NCBI RefSeq assembly: GCF_001194135.2
Contig: NC_068987.1
Span: 60,626,085 to 60,690,084 of the forward strand
Length of the DNA stretch: 64,000 nucleotides
From: Octopus bimaculoides
Lineage: Eukaryota
Direction: 5' to 3'
Every line of letters starts with the position of its first letter. The first letter of the stretch is position 1. This document shows positions 62,755-64,000 of this stretch, one piece after another. Made by a program: the position numbers and the translations under genes. The notes under the pieces were generated by a model that did no database searches, was not told the DNA's origin, and worked only from the letters and a program-made list of their open reading frames with translations.

Positions 62755-63280
62755 TACTGCCTGTGGATGCCAGTACCGCTTGATTGGCTCCCATGCCTGT
62801 GGCACGTAAAAAGCACCATCTGAGCATGGTCAGTGCCAGTGCTGCCTGACTAGCCCCCATGCCAGTGGCACGTAAAAAACACCCACTACACTCTCGGAGT
62901 GGTTGGCATTAGGAAAGGCATCCAACTGTAGAAACCCCTTGCCAGATCAGATTAGAGCCTGATGCAGCCTCCTGGCTTACCAGTCCTCAGTCACACCATC
63001 CAACCCATGCCAGCATGGAAAGCGGACGTTAAACGATGACAATGATGATCATCATCATTTAATGTCTGTGGGTTAGATGGTTTGACTACAGCCGGTAAGC
63101 CAGAGAGCTGCACCAGGTCCAGTTGACTGTTTTGGTATGATTTCTACAGCTGGATGCCCTTCCTAATACCAACCACTCTACAGAGTGTATTGGGTGTCTT
63201 TTACATGTCTCTGGCACAGGTGCCATTTTGCATGTCACTGGCATGAGTGCCTTTTATGTGTCCCCAGCATGGGTGCCTTT
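62755..63280. mobile_element. Two RTE 3'UTR copies joined tail-to-tail (+ 62755-63048, - 63049-63280)
   Basis: They meet at the palindrome ATGATGATCATCAT (63042-63055). Confidence 0.88.
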
Positions 63281-63339
63281 GGTCTTAATCATTTTCACTG
63301 TCTTTTTTTCTATTTTAATCTTCACTGACTACAAGTAGC

Positions 63340-63560
63340 AAGGTATAACTACCCTCTGGTACCCACAGGAGTTGGGAAATCTGGCTCTACAGCAGGTTCT
63401 AAGTACCCTATGGTACCTACAGGAATAGGGTGGACTGGTCCTGCAGGCAAGTGTAACTACTCTATGATACCTACAGGTGTTAAGATCTGTTCTTACAGTA
63501 GGGTGTAACCTACGGTACCTATAGGAGCATGGTGGAGTGGTCCTATCTGCAAGATATGAA
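63340..63560. repeat. Degenerate 54-bp tandem repeat, 4 units, with dimeric higher order
   Basis: Units start at 63350, 63404, 63458 and about 63506 with tac(c/t)ct(c/a)tg(g/a)tacc(c/t)acagg. Confidence 0.8.
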
Positions 63561-63774
63561 TAGTGAACTGGTCCAGCAGCAAAGAGTAATGACCCTATAG
63601 TTCTACATGAGTGAGATGCCATTTTCATGGATTTTATGTTGCTCTGGGAACAAAAAATTAACCATTTGCTTAGTTGTTTGATGTCTGAACTGTTCACCAT
63701 ATCACCAATGTCTAAGTAAGAGGTCACCATGTGATGCTACATTATACAATAGATAATGCACTACATTATGACAT

Positions 63775-63915
63775 TAGGAAGGGCATCCAGCTGTAGTAAC
63801 CATGCTAAAACAGACTATGAAACATGGTGCGGCCCCTGGCTTTGCCAGTTCCTGTGAAACCATCCAACCTATGCCAGCATGGAAAATGGACATTAAATGT
63901 TGATGATGATGATGG
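63775..63915 (+). mobile_element. RTE 3'UTR fragment with (GAT)n tail
   Basis: attaggaagggcatccagctgtag...gcatggaaaatggacattaaatgttgatgatgatgatg. Confidence 0.85.
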
Positions 63916-64000
63916 TTCTATGATGCCATGAAGTACTTCCTTTGATTTGGTTTGTGCTATGTGATTTACAGCACTTAAAGCTAAAACTGTAACCACTCTG

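Overview
AT-rich, repeat-dense eukaryotic DNA. It is most likely Octopus (inference from the tRNA-derived SINE families, the (ATT)n/(GAT)n tails and the microsatellite-filled N gaps; O. bimaculoides-type scaffold is a guess). No complete protein-coding gene is visible, so the window reads as intron or intergenic sequence. Almost every ORF in the supplied track is a microsatellite or SINE artefact. The only protein-level homologies I recognise are decayed transposons: RTE, CR1/L2 and R4/Dong LINE pieces and a DD41D Tc1/mariner. Well-supported structures include two hAT MITEs with TSDs, two TTAA piggyBac-type MITE families (one nested in the other), a mariner inserted in a SINE, and a canonical non-autonomous Helitron. 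The best unexplained signals are: (1) SINE arrays whose two tail types alternate strictly; (2) SINE heads and tails that occur in mixed combinations; (3) a cluster of fold-back structures at 46-49.6 kb, including an 85-bp stem with one A-C mismatch; (4) a low-confidence chain of phase-compatible micro-exons on the + strand; (5) a 54-bp codon-periodic tandem repeat. SINE-A, head 1/2/3, MITE-C/D and alpha/beta/delta are my working labels. SINE and LINE boundaries are approximate (about +/-10-20 bp) unless TIRs or TSDs fix them.
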